Positions 1 through 15,056 of a stretch of DNA of 64,000 nucleotides are shown here, in pieces. Position 1 is the stretch's first letter. Each line of letters begins with the position of its first letter. Below the pieces are notes generated by a model. It worked only from the letters and a program-made list of their open reading frames with translations. It had not been told where the DNA came from and did no database searches. The stretch is from the human T2T-CHM13v2.0 reference genome, Homo sapiens: assembly GCF_009914755.1 (NCBI RefSeq), contig NC_060939.1. One strand, 5' to 3'. Made by a program: the position numbers and the translations under genes.

Positions 1-70
1 AGTGAGCTGAGATCGTGCCATTGCACTCCAGTCTGGGCAATAGGGTGAGACTCCATCTCAAAAAAATAAT
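1..70 (+). mobile_element. Alu 3' end (truncated by window start)
   Basis: AGTGAGCTGAGATCGTGCCATTGCACTCCAGTCTGGGC...CATCTC followed by an A tail. Confidence 0.9.
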
Positions 71-1783
71 AATTGAACCTTATTTCCTTTTGTACAATGT
101 ACAATGAGCAGAGTCAGGGCAACTATAATACAACTCCAAACTCTAAGGTGTCAAATGTGATAGAAATCACTTTTCCATTGAAATTTTGAAATCCCTCTGG
201 AAATACACTGTGAAGGCTCCCTATACTGTGCTAGAGAGTGTTTTACTAGGGCCTGGAAGATGCTCACTTTTTCCTTGTTTTCCTTGGCTGTAGCTTTTAC
301 CTCTGGCACACTTTCCCAATCCCCTTATCCTACTTAATTATTTTTAAAATAGGCATTGTGGAGGATGTTTGTTCATATTTTAAGTCTTAATCATGGGCTT
401 CTAGTTTCTTTGGAAGTAAAAGTGACCCATTAAAAATGTAAAATGTGTTATGTGCATCATGGGCACAGGAGTTTCGTGGCCTATATGTGATTCTAACTTA
501 TATCTTACCATGGTGATCGTAGAACCATGTGTTGATATGTAATTTTCAAAAGAGGTGAATGCCCTTGGCACAGTAATCTGTCATATTTAGCAAAGCTTCC
601 CTGAGAGCCATCATAACAGACCCACAGGAATATTTTCATTAGTAAGAAGTAGATGTGTTCAGCCAGTAAAATTTTGAAGTGGCCATGACTTCAATCTGAG
701 TACAGAGGGAAAGTTACACACAATAATTCAGTGATTGGTGGATAGGTGCGTTCAAGGAGGCAGGGTTGGATTGGTGTTTTCAAGCTTGGTAGTAGTAGTA
801 GACAGGCAGACATGTGAGTTGATGGAAGGATGCAAGAATGGTTACTGAAATTTTCTTTGTATTATATGGTTAATGTGGATTTAATAACTAGTCATTGAAA
901 TTATGTGGGATTGGATATTTAAAGCCCAGAAAGATGAATATAATAATCGTCTAATATAATTTGAAATATAATAACGGATGCATGCAAAATTGGGTGTATT
1001 GAATAATGTAAGAAATAGATGGAAAGTAGAATATGAGCAAATGGCTGGATGCAAGAATGGAGAATGCAGGTTTTAAAAACCTGTTGGGTGTATGTATGGT
1101 TATATGCACAGTGGAATCATTTAGTGAAGGTGCAGATGGTTATATGCCTAGGTGTTATCATTGGATGGATCAAAAATGGAATGCTGTATGGATAGATCTT
1201 TAGATTGATGAGTACAAATATGGCTATCTAAAACCTTGGATAAATGTAGGGATCAGGGTTCAGGTACATTGGTTGCATAAGTGATAGCTGCCTGTTTGGT
1301 GGCTTTAGAGTGGCTTAATAGACTGATAGATGGGTTGATTCACAAGGTGATGGTACAGGAATTTGATGACTATGAGAATGGGCTGATGCAATAATAAAGT
1401 CATATATGTAAAGTTGACTGGAAAGATGGACATTTGAAAGCCAATGGTATATTTTCACGGGCAGATTCATTATGAAATTATAAAAGTTTTGTTTTTGCAT
1501 TCTCAACATGATGTGTTAGCAAATAAGCAAAAACTAACTGCAGTGGGTTCACAAGTTAGTTTAATTAAAATGATCTTTCAATATTTTAATAATTTGGGGA
1601 CTTTAGGAGGTTGAGGAATGAGAGAACTTCACCTTCTGTATATTAACTGGTCGTATGTCACAATTTTCCCATATTTTTCACAGTTATAGCTGAGGTGGTA
1701 CCAGTTTAAGAAGTGAGAACTTCTTCACTGACTGAAATTTGCATATCAATCCAAATCATTGTGCTTATTTACTATTTTTGTAG

Positions 1784-1805
1784 ACGTCATTCTTCAAAAG
1801 TGCTG
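1784..1805 (+). other. Candidate 22-nt host micro-exon
   Basis: TTTACTATTTTTGTAG| ... CTG|GTAAGA; splice signals only. Confidence 0.35.
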
Positions 1806-2484
1806 GTAAGAATCAGTAACCCTGGTGTACTGTTTATTTTTGACCAGTTTGATATTGAATCTAATTTGTAATATTTTAAAATCCAAAACTATACATGAAT
1901 TCTATAAAACACAAAGTTGTGAATTTGTGGAGTGATTATCAGTTAGGTGAAATAAAAGAGATAAAAGGGCTCCCTAAATTTTGACACAGTTTTGATATGT
2001 AGTTTATGCAGGTTTTGATTTACCAGTCTTATCTACTCTCACCGTAGTATGTAATGTCATCTGGACTGAGACTATAACTTTTTATCTGTATACTCAGTAA
2101 ATTTTATATTATTTCAGTAAATTTTATTGAATAAATGCTCTGGAATAAATTCATCAGCTAGAGGGAGATAAGAAGGAAGTCTGGCAGCCTGTGGAAAATA
2201 AAGAAAATGGATAGGCTATTAAAAGATGTCAGAGACCAAAGTCATTAGGAATTAGAATTTACTATAAATAGTATGGGTTATAATGAGAGTAGCAGGTTTA
2301 ATTTTAGTTCCAAGTGCATGATTTAGGATATCATCAGTAAGTAGGTAAGGTCAGCAGATAGGAGTTGAGGAATATTTCAACATTGAAGTGGTAAAAGTAG
2401 GGTCTTAACACCCTTTCTTTCGATGAGTGAATGAAAAATCTTCAACTATTTTCCAACATTCCTGTTTTTCTTTTTTTTCACAAG

Positions 2485-2526
2485 CATCTTCAATAGTCAA
2501 GGAGGACAAAGACATCTTTCCTGCAG
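2485..2526 (+). other. Candidate 42-nt host exon
   Basis: Long pyrimidine tract ending CACAAG| ... CAG|GTAAAA. Confidence 0.4.
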
Positions 2527-3246
2527 GTAAAATCATTAAAGACTATATTGTGATTTTGAAGCTGTTCTATTTGCTACGTTGAGGATATATTAGATTCTTA
2601 TTTGAGTTCTTTGAAATTAAATTTCTTTTCTCATACATCCTACTTTGTGGTTATGTGATTATTTTGAGTCGATATTTTAATCAAGGACTTTATAGTTAAC
2701 TCTTGTTAATAACCAACATTTAATGAAATCAGGCATTTTCTTGACTTTAGTACCACGAGAAGTTGCACAAGAAGCATACAGGGTAGCAAGGAGAATTGAT
2801 GGGTGGATACTGGGTTTTAGTTTGTGGAAAGATCTTAATGGAATACACAGAGTATCTTATTAGTATTTCCTTATATTGTGTCTTTTAAAAAAATTCTTAA
2901 CCCCTGAATTGGTGTATAAATTAGAATGAAGAAACTACACAGGAAATGCTGGTTCAAAGAATAAATAGGTGGTTGGTTGGCGTGAAAATAATTTGGAATA
3001 GGAGATAGGTATTCAAATCACAAAAAAATGTGTAGAGAAACGAAGGAAAATGGCAGCTTTATCATTTGCATACAGTACGTATACCTGGTTTTTGTAGGTT
3101 TTGGGTTATTCCACATCAGATTGTAGGAGTTCGGTTTTATGGAGTATTACTTGACTTGAAGATGATATATTTCTGTCACCAGGCATGGCTGTGTCATAAC
3201 CTGTTGTTTATTTCCATTTGCAATCTCTTCTTCTGTACTCTCTCAG

Positions 3247-3418
3247 GTGGTGACCATGTGGATAATAGGATCATAGACAAATGGTGGTTCCATCTACAGC
3301 ATCACCGAAATGCTGTTGTTACTGCTTCTTTCTGGGATCTTCTTGCATCTTTGCTTCTAAAGGGGCACACCTTTTATAGAAGTACGTCCAGGAATAGAAG
3401 TGACCTGCTTTTTCGCAA
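3247..3418 (+). other. Candidate 172-nt host exon
   Basis: CTCTTCTTCTGTACTCTCTCAG| ... CAA|GTAATT. Confidence 0.45.
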
Positions 3419-4623
3419 GTAATTGCCTGGAATGTTTTTATGTACTTCTCTGCACTCTCAATACATTTCATGCTTCCCTCTATTTTTGTATATTAACTCA
3501 TTGTATTTCTTAAATTTATATTTTACTTTATGAATGGAAGTGAGATTTGTGTATGGTAAATATAATTAATTCAACCCCATGGATACGTTAGTCACTGTCC
3601 AGATGATGGCAAGTCTTTCTCAGAAGCAGAGGGCCTTGGTGTGCCAGTGATTTTTTTTCCCCATGTGTAAGATACTTTTTTTCCTCATTTGAATCAGGAG
3701 CCCACAGTTTTTAGACAAGTCCCAAATGAAATCTTAAGCATTTGTGTTATCTGGACTAGACCTTCTGTAGTATCCTTTTTGTTAGACCTAGTATATCTCA
3801 TTGCAGATCAGGATCTGAGATTGACTATAGTTCACCTCTTTCCAAGTACACAAACTTGGATGACATGACAACTGAGTGTGTAAGGGAGAGCGAGACCCTT
3901 GCACTGCCATTTGAGCCCTTGTGATCTCATCTTGTAGAACATGTTGTACAATCATTTTATTGGTATCATTAGTGTTATTTGGGGCTGGAATAAAAATCTC
4001 AGTGCACCAAAGAGATTTCCCCTTTATCCACGTTACCCTGGTTTTCCTTTGTTTTCTGTTTAACCTAAACGGGCTTAATATAAAATAGTGCTTATTTGGT
4101 GTTTTAATTGTCTGCTTCTATAACATAAGCTGCACTGTCCATTGGGGAACTGCTCACCATATTGCCCAACCTGTCTTGATAGGTTTATACATGGGAGGCA
4201 TTCAGTAATATTAATTACCTCTCTAGACCAGTGTTAGCAATAACAAACACTTGCTAGAATTTTAAGACTATATAATCAATCACTTTGATGTCAGTTAATC
4301 CTACCAACACAAGATTAAAGGTTTAAAAATCTCATACGTGTACAGCCATTAGTGTCTCCTTTCATACTATATTATTTTGTTCATTGGCAGCTAGATTTTT
4401 AGGTAGAACTTGTGTTCCTTTTTGCAATGCTCATTTATTTTACCTGGACAGAAGGTGCTCTTCTGTCTCTTCTCCAAAGTTAATTTATCTCATACTATTT
4501 CTTGTGTTAATATTTTCCAAGTTCAGTATGCTGTTCTGGTTATAAGAAGATCAGTGTCCTAATCACACACTTTTACATTATATGAAACATCATACAGAGT
4601 TTTGTAGTCTGTATAACAATACA

Positions 4624-4818
4624 CAGAGGTAGCAAAATTTGTAAAAGAGCAGACTATATAGTCCATACTGTAGTAACTACTCAACATTGCCATTATACGT
4701 GAAATCGGCTATAACCAATTCATAAACAAATGAATTTGGCCGTGTTCTAGTAAAACTTATTTACAAAAACATGTGTTAGGCCAGATTTGGACCACAGGCT
4801 GTAGATTTCTGACCTCTG
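4624..4818. mobile_element. MER58A-like hAT-Charlie DNA transposon remnant
   Basis: CAGAGGTAGCAAA...AACTACTCAAC...AAAACTTATTTACAAAAAC...GACCTCTG resembles the MER58A consensus as recalled. Confidence 0.7.
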
Positions 4819-5474
4819 GCTTACAGCAGAAGTTTATTATGATCCTGGGGAAGGTGGATATACATGGAAGGCAGAAGCGAGAAGATGTATTCCATCCCAT
4901 GTCATTTTTCTGAACCCTCAACGTAGGAAGTTAAACTAAAACATGGGGCAGAATCTGCTTTAAGCCTTTGAATTCTTGGCTCTTAAAGCCAGGTTGAGGG
5001 TTATGTGTTTTTATTCTTTTATATCTCCTTTTCACTTAGGCTTGGCAACTAGTTCATTGAAACAGAGCCAACAAGAATGAGTGAGTCACTCAGTGATATG
5101 AAGCAAGCTGTGGTCATTTATCTACTACCTTCCATACCTACTTCCTAGGTTTGATAAGTAGTGTTTGTAGTGTAGTTGTCAGTAACTTTTCTCAGCTTAC
5201 ATAAGTTTATGTGGAATTCATTTACAAATGTGTGATTATTACGATAGATGTTATTTTATAAATTTCAAGGTTCTTTAATACAGCATGGACATGTTTCTAA
5301 ATCAATAAATATAGCTTACCCACAGACTTTTTATGGGATGTAAAGTATGTATTACAACAGGTAAATCCATTTCTCTGTTTTGGGAAAGCAGGTTAATGTT
5401 TTGTTTGTTTTGTTGCTGCATATAATGTTGCACTATATATATATTCTAATGCAGTTGGTCTCCTAATTCTACAG

Positions 5475-5621
5475 GATAAATGTCTAGCTGTGGCATTGTT
5501 GGATCATCAGTTTCGTTTCAGTTAGATGCTGTGAAATTGCTCTTGAAAATGGTGTCCTCTGCCACCACAGAACGGTGTTGTAATGGAAGTGCCAATTTTC
5601 ATAAAAACTTGTGTGCAACAG
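5475..5621 (+). other. Candidate 147-nt host exon
   Basis: CTCCTAATTCTACAG| ... CAG|GTATTA. Confidence 0.35.
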
Positions 5622-5638
5622 GTATTAAGAATTTTTGA

Positions 5639-5990
<352 letters not shown>

Positions 5991-6179
5991 TTAAACAATT
6001 AATGGCCGTGGCTAAAAGAAGAATCAAATAATGATGTGTGATTTATAAGATAAGGAGGCAGTACCCCATTTTTCCTCACTCTACCCAAAAATCCTGTTTA
6101 TCTGAGCAAGAAATCATTAATATTTTCTAAATCCGCTTGGAAGTTCATAAACGCCCTAAGTATACCTTATACCAGCGTT

Positions 6180-7060
6180 TTTATGACTTTGTATTTTTGA
6201 AATAATTTTAGATTCAGAATCGCAAGAATCATGCAGAGCGACCTGATTTACGCTTCACCTAGATTGACTTTTTATTCTGCATCGTTGTGTTCTTCCCCCA
6301 CTTCCTCTTCTTGCTCTCGCCTCCCTTTATATGTTTATACATAGCATTATCATTTTATGTACTATTTGAATGATTTGCCGACATTATCTTCCTGTAACCC
6401 AAAACACTTCAACATCTACTTTCTAAGAGCCTGAGCATCTTATATTGACTTCGGTAAAAATTTCAAAATAATGAAATGTGTCAATAGTATAAAAGTATAA
6501 CAGTATGCAGTCCATATTCACATTTTACCCATTTTTCCAGAGGTGTTCTTTATAGCAGTTTCTTCCCTTCTACAACATCCAGAAAAGGATCTTCTATTGC
6601 ATTCAATTATCATGTCTCTTTAGTTTTGTTTAATCTGAAACAGTTTCCTGGACTTTGATCACATCAGTGTTCTTAAAAAGTAATAGCTAACAGATTTAAG
6701 GAGATACCTCAGATTTTGAATTTTGTGTTTCCTCATGAAAAGGTTTAAGATACTCATTTTGAGCAGAAATAATTCAGTATTCTCAGTCTTCCTTAGTGAA
6801 TCATCTCAGGTGACAAATAATGTCACTTTGTCTCACTTTGAATTACTTTGATCTCTTGGTTCGATTGGTGTCCACTGGACTTTTCCACTATAGTTAACAT
6901 TCCTTCATAATTAATTTGGAACTATACAGGTATTCTATTTTTCATCAAACTTCCACATAGTAGGTTTAATATGCACAGGTGACTTTTACCTGAATCAGTG
7001 TTGATTAGAAAAAAATCTGTTATTGCTTAGATGCATTATTTAGTATCTTGTACTGTAAGG
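6180..7060 (-). mobile_element. Old L1 (L1MC-like) 3' region remnant; boundaries approximate
   Basis: Degenerate similarity to antisense L1MC 3' end (TTTTGAAATAATTTTAGATTCA..., TTGCATTCAATTATCATGTCTCTTTAG). Confidence 0.45.
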
Positions 7061-10000
7061 AAGAGTTTGTATATCATGGCCTGTCAGAACAGTCCCGCAA
7101 TGTGTTTTATGAACTGAAAATTCTGAAAGAATAAGGTAGTGATTTATATGAGAATACAGGGAAAGGGTTACCCAAAGAGTCTAATGAATTTATGTCTAAA
7201 CCATAGAGTGGAATGTGAGAGACACACAGAACTCCAGAGTTGTGATGCAAATACACTGCACAGTGGAAGGAGAAGAGGAAGTTTTTGGTAATAGTGTTTC
7301 ATCTAATGTAGCTCTGTAATGTATGTGTGCCTTCATTATTGGAAGAGTGTTCAACAGTTCACAGTTGAATAGACTGAAGCATGATGCTGGAATCTGGGTT
7401 CAGATTCTAGATCCGTATCCTACATATCACCAATGCTTGTTTCTCAATTTTTGTTTGTCATTACTTTAAGTCTCTTTAATGCATTAGAGTATCCAAGGTT
7501 GACAGTGAAGGGACTGCATTTGGGAGCTATCTGAAGACAAAAACAGCTTTTTGAAGTTTCTTTCATACGTCACCTTACATGGCCTCTCGCATTCTCTGTG
7601 GAGAAGTTTGTGTAGATTATTCAGACTACCGTGCAGTGACTGTGTTGTTTAAAACCTATACATATCCAAACTCTGTTTTGTGTTCTCTATAACTAGGGCA
7701 TTAGTCTCCCAATAGTAATCCTGCATCTTATGCTATTTAAAGAAGGTTCCCAGAATACAGACATTCTTACTTTTGAACAATGACTTGGGTAGATTGAGGA
7801 AGTGGTTTTAATAATCACTTTGATATATTTCAAAATCTGGTTCATTATTGGTGAGGTGCAGGCCACCTGGTATTAATGAAAATGTGTAATTAGGAACCAG
7901 TGCAGTGGAATCAGAGGCTTGAACATGACCTAAGGCTTGATCAAAAGTGGTGATCTGAATGTTCCCTGCTCTCTGTATGTAACTTTGTACTTAGTCTTCA
8001 GTGGCAGGGTTGCAGCAGAGGCCCAGTAAATATTGTTCATTCAACGTATGAAGGAGAAAATGGAAGTAAGGCCAAAAATTACTGATTGTAAACAAATGAA
8101 GCACCAAGTGAATAAATGTACAAATAGACAAGTAGCCAGTAGGAAAAAAAACAATAATTGTTACCTAAAGAATGAAAACCAAGTGGAAAAGGCCGCCAGG
8201 GACATTTTAATATGCATATTGTTGCTTTCACATATAATACAGTAAGGGAGTATCAGAAAACCTGAATCTGCCTGACTAAAACATACCCTGTTCCACAAAG
8301 CTATATATATGAGAGTATTGAAGGTGGTTTAATACCAAATTCAAAAATTCAGCCTCAGTGTAGCAAACTTTTAAATTTTCCATGATATAAAGTAAGTTTT
8401 AACCAACAATGGAAGTCACAGCACTAAAGTACATTACTATTATATGATTCTCTGATGGTAATAGAAACTGTGCTGCAGGACACGTTTTGATTCAGGAAGA
8501 AATGTGGAGTAACTCCACAGAGGAATTCATCCTTTCTAAGTTTAAATCTGAACGGAACCCATATGCCCATACCCTGAAGATGCATGTAAGGGAACAACAT
8601 GGCTTGGTCTGTTGAAAAAAGAAAAGAACCTTCAATTAAGCATTCTGTGAACTTGATAAGAGGATGCAGAGGAACGTAAATGCACTCTGCATATCTGTGA
8701 TTGACCTTGGAACACAGTGATTGCCCTCTAAAGAATAGCCGAGTAAGTACTGTTATCATTCCACCGATCAAATTAGAGCCTCTTCCTTCCAGTGGGAGCA
8801 GAGTGACATAGACCAAGGAAAGCCGAGGAGAAGATTGTAGCCTTTTATTTCTCCTTATATTTGTTGAGGTTCACTGCTGACTGATAAACGATTTGCACAA
8901 AAAAATTCAGGCCTCTGACTCTTCTGGTATTTGATTTATCTAGTAAAGTTAATTCCAAGACAAAAGTACAGTTGGTTAAAAATACCAGTCTCATGTTTAT
9001 TTGATGGTTTGAAATATTCTGTTACATTGTTGTATCTCGTTTGTCACCTTGGAATATATGACAATCATGTTATCTTGATTTTTTCCACAAGATAATTTGA
9101 TTCTAAAATCGATTCATTGTTTATCTTCAGGAATTAGAGATTTTAAAAATGTCATCTCATGTCTCATTCAGTCATTTCCAAGATTTAGCGAGTGTTCTCC
9201 CTAATGCCTTGGATAAGAATGCCTTGTTCAATGGCTGTATTTTACTCATAATTAGCATTCCAACTGCTTTGGGTTTTTTTAGATTTACAATTTTTATTTC
9301 TGCAGTACTTAACTTTCTATATTTTATGTATATTAAAACAAGTTAGGTAGGATGAAGATCACTGGATGATATAAATACTAATAGCAAAAGTAGAAATAAG
9401 TTGTATTATATAAGTTGTACATAGGTGTTACATTAGGTTGTCTTACATGAAAGTATTACAAAGTATGGGATTTGGGGTGTATTTTGAAATCCTTGCCAGT
9501 TCTACTTGATAAAGTATTGAATGGTATCATGTGAGAGGAGAAGAGGACGGAAACAGGACTTATGATTTAGACCTCAACAACTGCTAGGGAGGGTTGGTTT
9601 TCTCTGAGTGCATGATTTTTTATAAAAATGCTATTTTGCCAGTTTTAGATCCATATTAAACCCACAGATTAAGGTTTTGGTTTTTAAAGTGTAAATAGGA
9701 AGCTTGAGCTGGGGGGGAATTTGGAGGTAGAGATAATACTTAATCGCTGTGGGAAAGGATGAGATCTAGAGATAGAGTGTATGTGGGAGTAGGAACATAT
9801 GTGTCTGAGACCATGCTTTGGATGCTCTAGCATTTAGATATTGAGAAAATGAGGAAGACCCATTAAAGGAGATTGTGGCTAGAGTTACTGGTGAAAACCA
9901 AAGGGTTGTAGTGTTCCTGAAGATACATGAAGAGTGAGATTAAAAATTAATGGGGCAGCAGTGGCTTTTGCATGGCATTGAAAAGACACAGTTCAATTTG

Positions 10001-10617
10001 AAAATTGAGTATCATTGATCGTAGTGCTCTTATTATTGAAAAGGCCAAATCAAACAATACCTTTGAGTTGATGGTCTGTACTATAATTAGGTTACCATTG
10101 TTAGCCCAGCATAGACACATGCTGATACCTGTGAGTTGCTTTCATCAATTAGTATGTGAAGATGCATCCCAGTTGTACAATTTTAGATCCTCTTCATCAT
10201 TCCACATTATATGTATACAAGATAAAACTTGATGTTTTCATTACATCCTTTCAATCTTCTAACAGCAGTCCTTACGTAGCTTTATCATTGGAGTTTCCAC
10301 TTGCAGTGTCTCTATCTGTACCTGCATTCATTGGCCACGGTAGAGTTTTCATTACGGCAGGATTGCATTTCATTGTTTTGGCTTGTGTCAGACATTTAGC
10401 AAAGATTGTTGAGGAAAGGAATGGATGGAAGGGGCCAGCTGAAAGAAAAAGTAACAACCTAATGATGGATAAGTGAAAAAGGAATGAAGAAAGGATGGTG
10501 CTAGGAATCGAGGGAGTAAAGCAAGATAGAATGTACAAAAGGTCGAATTTTTAAAGAAAGTTGTAGGGCAAGGGCAAGGTGTGTTGAACCTACATTTAAA
10601 ATACAATAACATCACTA

Positions 10618-10921
<304 letters not shown>

Positions 10922-13479
10922 CCCATCACTAAAATCAGGGAGAAAAAAACCATCACTAAAGTCAGGGATAAAGTACCATTGTGGAAGGTGTTCTTTTCCA
11001 GCTTAACCTGAAGAATTGTACAGTCATTGTACATTGTCATTCCCTAACTAATGGGTTAGATATGAGTCTGTAGAAAATTGTTTGTCCAACATACTTTATG
11101 CCTCTTAACATTTCACTTACCAAATTTCATTTCATTCCTTCATTTTGTGTCTAACAGACTAGAAATAATGAGCTCCTATTGACAGGGATATTTTCCTCTT
11201 CATACTTTCCTTTACCTTACAGAGCCTTTTATGTAGCAGATATTTAATTTCATAATGGGTCTAAACTACTTGTTTAGACCATGGATGAGTGAAATTTTGA
11301 TGAATGAGCCCCAATCACCTGAAGGGTGAGTAAAAGAAGAATTTCTAGAGACCCAATATGAAGTAGCTGCTTCACACTTTTTTGAGAATGTTATGGCATG
11401 ACTGAGGAAATCATAGATGCTGTAGACCATGTTGAGTTGGATTGTGTAAATATAGATTCTGGTATTAGGGAACTCAGCATCTGCTGGATTAGACTTCTTA
11501 TGGTGAAAGTCTTTTTTTAGGGATTAGGCATAAATCCCCACTGATATTTGTGCAGTAATAGAGTATAGCTCCTGTTTTCTTTCCTGCTTGTATAGCCTGT
11601 GCCATTAGTGTCCTCTTTCTCACTGTTTTCTCAAAGGAAAACAGTCAAAGAGGAAGCCATATGCATGGTAGACTTTGTAATCCGGGAAAAGTCAACATAT
11701 TTCATAGTAGTGCACTTTTTATGTGTTGTCAGTCCTTAGAAAGGATTCATTTTCTCCATATTATATACTACTCTATTTTAAAAATTTCTTGGGGGAGAAT
11801 GGCTGTAGACAGGCCAATGATAGAATCATAGAATATAGTCACTGTCTAATTACTTTCAATCAAGAGAGGGAACAATAAAGTACAATGTATGTCGCTGACT
11901 TCAGTGTGACCACTCAGTATTTCTGTAACACAGTATTTATATTGCTGTACGGTAGAGTTATACTTATTTCTGTGATCCAGTTCATTTGTTTAATATTGGG
12001 ATTCAAGGAGTGTTGAAGAAATGTCTACTGATTAATAACAGATGGGAAGAGTGTATGTGTTTTAAATAAGAGACCAAGAGAGACAATAAGGAAAATAAGA
12101 AGGAAGTGTTTGTGAACCTTTCACATTACTCTTACATTCGGGAAGTCCACAAGACACCGTAGTGGAGATTCTGAGGAGGTGAAAACCTGTAGAAAAATGC
12201 TTTATTAGTAAGGAGCTGACTAAGTTGTCAGAAAGTGTTGATTTTTAGAAGGATATTGAGACATTGGGTATATAGGGTATATGACTCCTTGTCTTCCTTT
12301 CATTCTGGCTTCTTACCAGCTGTTGTGAATAAGTTTAAGATTTCTTCTGACGTTATAAACTTCAGAAAAGGTATGGCTGTTTGTTCAGTTTGAAGTAGTA
12401 TCATATCCGCCAAAGCCTTGTTCAATTGTCTTGTTGATTCATGGTTCTCTTCAGTGATAATATTATATGGGATTCCTACCCACAGCCACCCAATATCTCA
12501 GTGGAGAAATGCAGGTTTGGAGAGAACATCTGAATAGAATCACGCTAAGATGGTACATTTGCACTGAGACCATTGTTATGTGGCAGGCAGACATGAAGTA
12601 TCCTAGGATTGATCAGTATGCCTTAATGTAAATAGCTGCATATAGACCTGATTTCTTAGGCTCCCCACTTCAAGCTCTTGAATATTGTGTTGATATCCTT
12701 ATCAATACACTTTGTCTTGTGTTCTGTGTTGTTTTTCCAAAATATAACGAGCTCCTACTTGACAGGGATTTTTTCTTTCTATTGTCTTACGATAAAATGT
12801 CAAGATAAAAATGTATGAGTTTCATTAAAGTTTATTGAATAAAATTTGTGATGGAATGAGTGACAGCGAGGTCATGAATGAGAGAGAATATGGAAATAAT
12901 GGAGAATGTGATATTCTGATAGTCATGCAATATTCTTTTTGATATAATATGTAACATATATTAGTATGTTATATTCTATGTATTATTTGTCATATATTAT
13001 TACTATATCCTGTTGCTATATTTGGATAATTTGGGAATCTGCCATGTTTGATGATGTTGAAAAGAGAACATAAAATGTAGTGATTTCTTAATAAGGTGTA
13101 GAGGTGTAGGTATTAACTCTTTAAGAATATAGTGATTTATTTTAAAATAATGATAGGAAAGGACCATAAAAATGTCTGAATTTGGGAAATTAGAAAATGT
13201 TTTCTCTCTGGGGCTTTCATATGTCTGTTCTATGTGAATGTCGCTTTGCCATGGCTCCCTCTTTGCTAACTCTTCTTAACCCCTGCAGAGAAGGAAGTGT
13301 AGTGATGGTATTTTGAGTCCATCTTCAGGTTTATTGGGAATGCAAGGGAAATGAGTTGTTACCAATGGGAGTAAAGGGCTAGTTGCTATGCCAGTAGCTG
13401 CTACTTTTGACACTGCTTGAGCAATCTGAATGGCTAGGTTTGAATCTGGCTTCTCAGTCAGAATTTTACCTTCACTCTA

Positions 13480-14780
13480 ATGCTGCTTTTTTTCAAATCA
13501 CCTATATTTACATAAATATGAACCAACTTCAGTGATCTTAATTCTTTCCCGAAGATCCAAGTTTCTTTCCATCTGCCTGAAGAACTTTCTTTAGCACTTC
13601 TGGTATAGCAGACCTACTGATGATAATTTTTCTTTTAGTATATGGTGATTAGTTTACTTTTTATTCAACTGTGTCTTTTTTTGAAGTCTTCTTCATTGAA
13701 ATATATTGTTACTAAATATAGAATTAATGGCTTTCTTTAAGCACTTCAAAGATAATCCACTGTTTTCTGGACTCCGTTGATACTTAAGTCTTTATTTTTG
13801 TGTAATTCTTTTTCTTTAAATGTGCCATTTTTCATTTTTCTCTGACTCCTACCTACTAAGATATTTTTACCTAAGTATTGAGTCAGTTTTGGTTATGATG
13901 TGACTCAGTGTGTTTTTATTTATATTGTTTGGTTGTTTGAACTTCTTGAATCTGTAAATGTTGTGCTTTATGTTAAATTTGGGGGGATTTCAGCCATTTA
14001 AAATATAACTTTTCAGTCTCTTCCCCCTGGGACTCCAATTTTTACATATGTATTAGACCTATTAATATTTTTCTATGGATACCTGACATTCTTTTTAAAT
14101 CTTATTTTTGGTGTTTTTCACTTTGAACAACCTAATAATTTGTTTCCATCCATGTTCACTCACTGTTTATTCTATTTTTTCCCAATCTGCTCTTAAGCCT
14201 ATCCTGTGAATTTTCTTTTTAATTTATTTTATTTTTTAGTTCCAGATATTTTCTGCTTTTTGTTTGTTTTTGAGACAGAATCTTTCTCTGTCACACAGGG
14301 TGGAGTGCAGTGTCATGGTTCACCGCAGCCTTGACCTCCTGGTCTCAAGTGATCCTCTCACCTTAACCTACCCACTCCTAAGTAGCTAGAACTACAGGTG
14401 CATGCCACCACGCTCAGCTAATTTTTTATTTTTGTAGAGATGGGGTCGTTGTGTTGCCCAAGCTGGTCTTGAACTCCCAGACTCAAGCAGTCTTCCTGCC
14501 TCGGCCTCATGCCCGCGCCAACCAGTTCTTTATTTTTAATATTATGTTGTATTTGATGTGCTATCCTATTCATTTAGTATAAGCACATTTTTCTTTATGT
14601 CTTCAGCATAATTATATGCTTTTTCAGAATTTTAACATCAGGACTGCTTCCAGGGTAGCTTTATTGCCCTTTGTCTTAAGTATGGATTATAGTTTTCATT
14701 CTTTGTATGTCAAGTAATTTTGGATTGTAACTTGAACTTTGAATATACTGTAGAAACTCTGAATTCTATTTTATTCTTCT
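13480..14780 (-). mobile_element. Old L1M fragment, interrupted by an Alu; boundaries approximate
   Basis: T-rich antisense L1-like sequence (CTTTAGCACTTCTGGTATAGCAG..., CTCTTCCCCCTGGGACTCCAATT). Confidence 0.5.
14262..14520 (-). mobile_element. Alu (AluJ-like), diverged
   Basis: TTTTGAGACAGAATCT...GGAGTGCAGTG...GGTCTTGAACTCC. Confidence 0.85.
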
Positions 14781-14785
14781 AAAAC

Positions 14786-15056
14786 AATATTTCTCAGCTT
14801 CAGCACTACTGACATTTTGAACTGGGTCATTTTGTTTGTGTTGTTGTGTGTATTTTGGGAGGGTACTGTTCTATATGCATTGTGGGGTACTGAGTATTAT
14901 CCTTTGTCTCCACTCACTACTTACCAGTAGCATAACTCTCTCTCCTCCCCACATCCCCTGCCAAAAAATGCCTTCAGTCCTTTCTAAGCGCTCTTTTTTA
15001 TGGTGTTGGGGCCAAAATCATGCATCTTTACTCACTCTTTCTCATTGAGAGCTATG
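14786..15056. mobile_element. MER20 DNA transposon remnant
   Basis: TTCTCAGCTTCAGCACTACTGACATTTTG...ACCAGTAGCA...GGGGCCAAAATC resembles the MER20 consensus. Confidence 0.7.

Noticed and set aside
700-1450. TGGA/GAT-rich strand-biased stretch
   Set aside because: Looks like a decayed simple repeat; no C/D box pair with a terminal stem was found
3066-3422. 118-aa ORF overlapping a candidate exon
   Set aside because: TTG start, crosses an apparent splice acceptor, no recognisable domain
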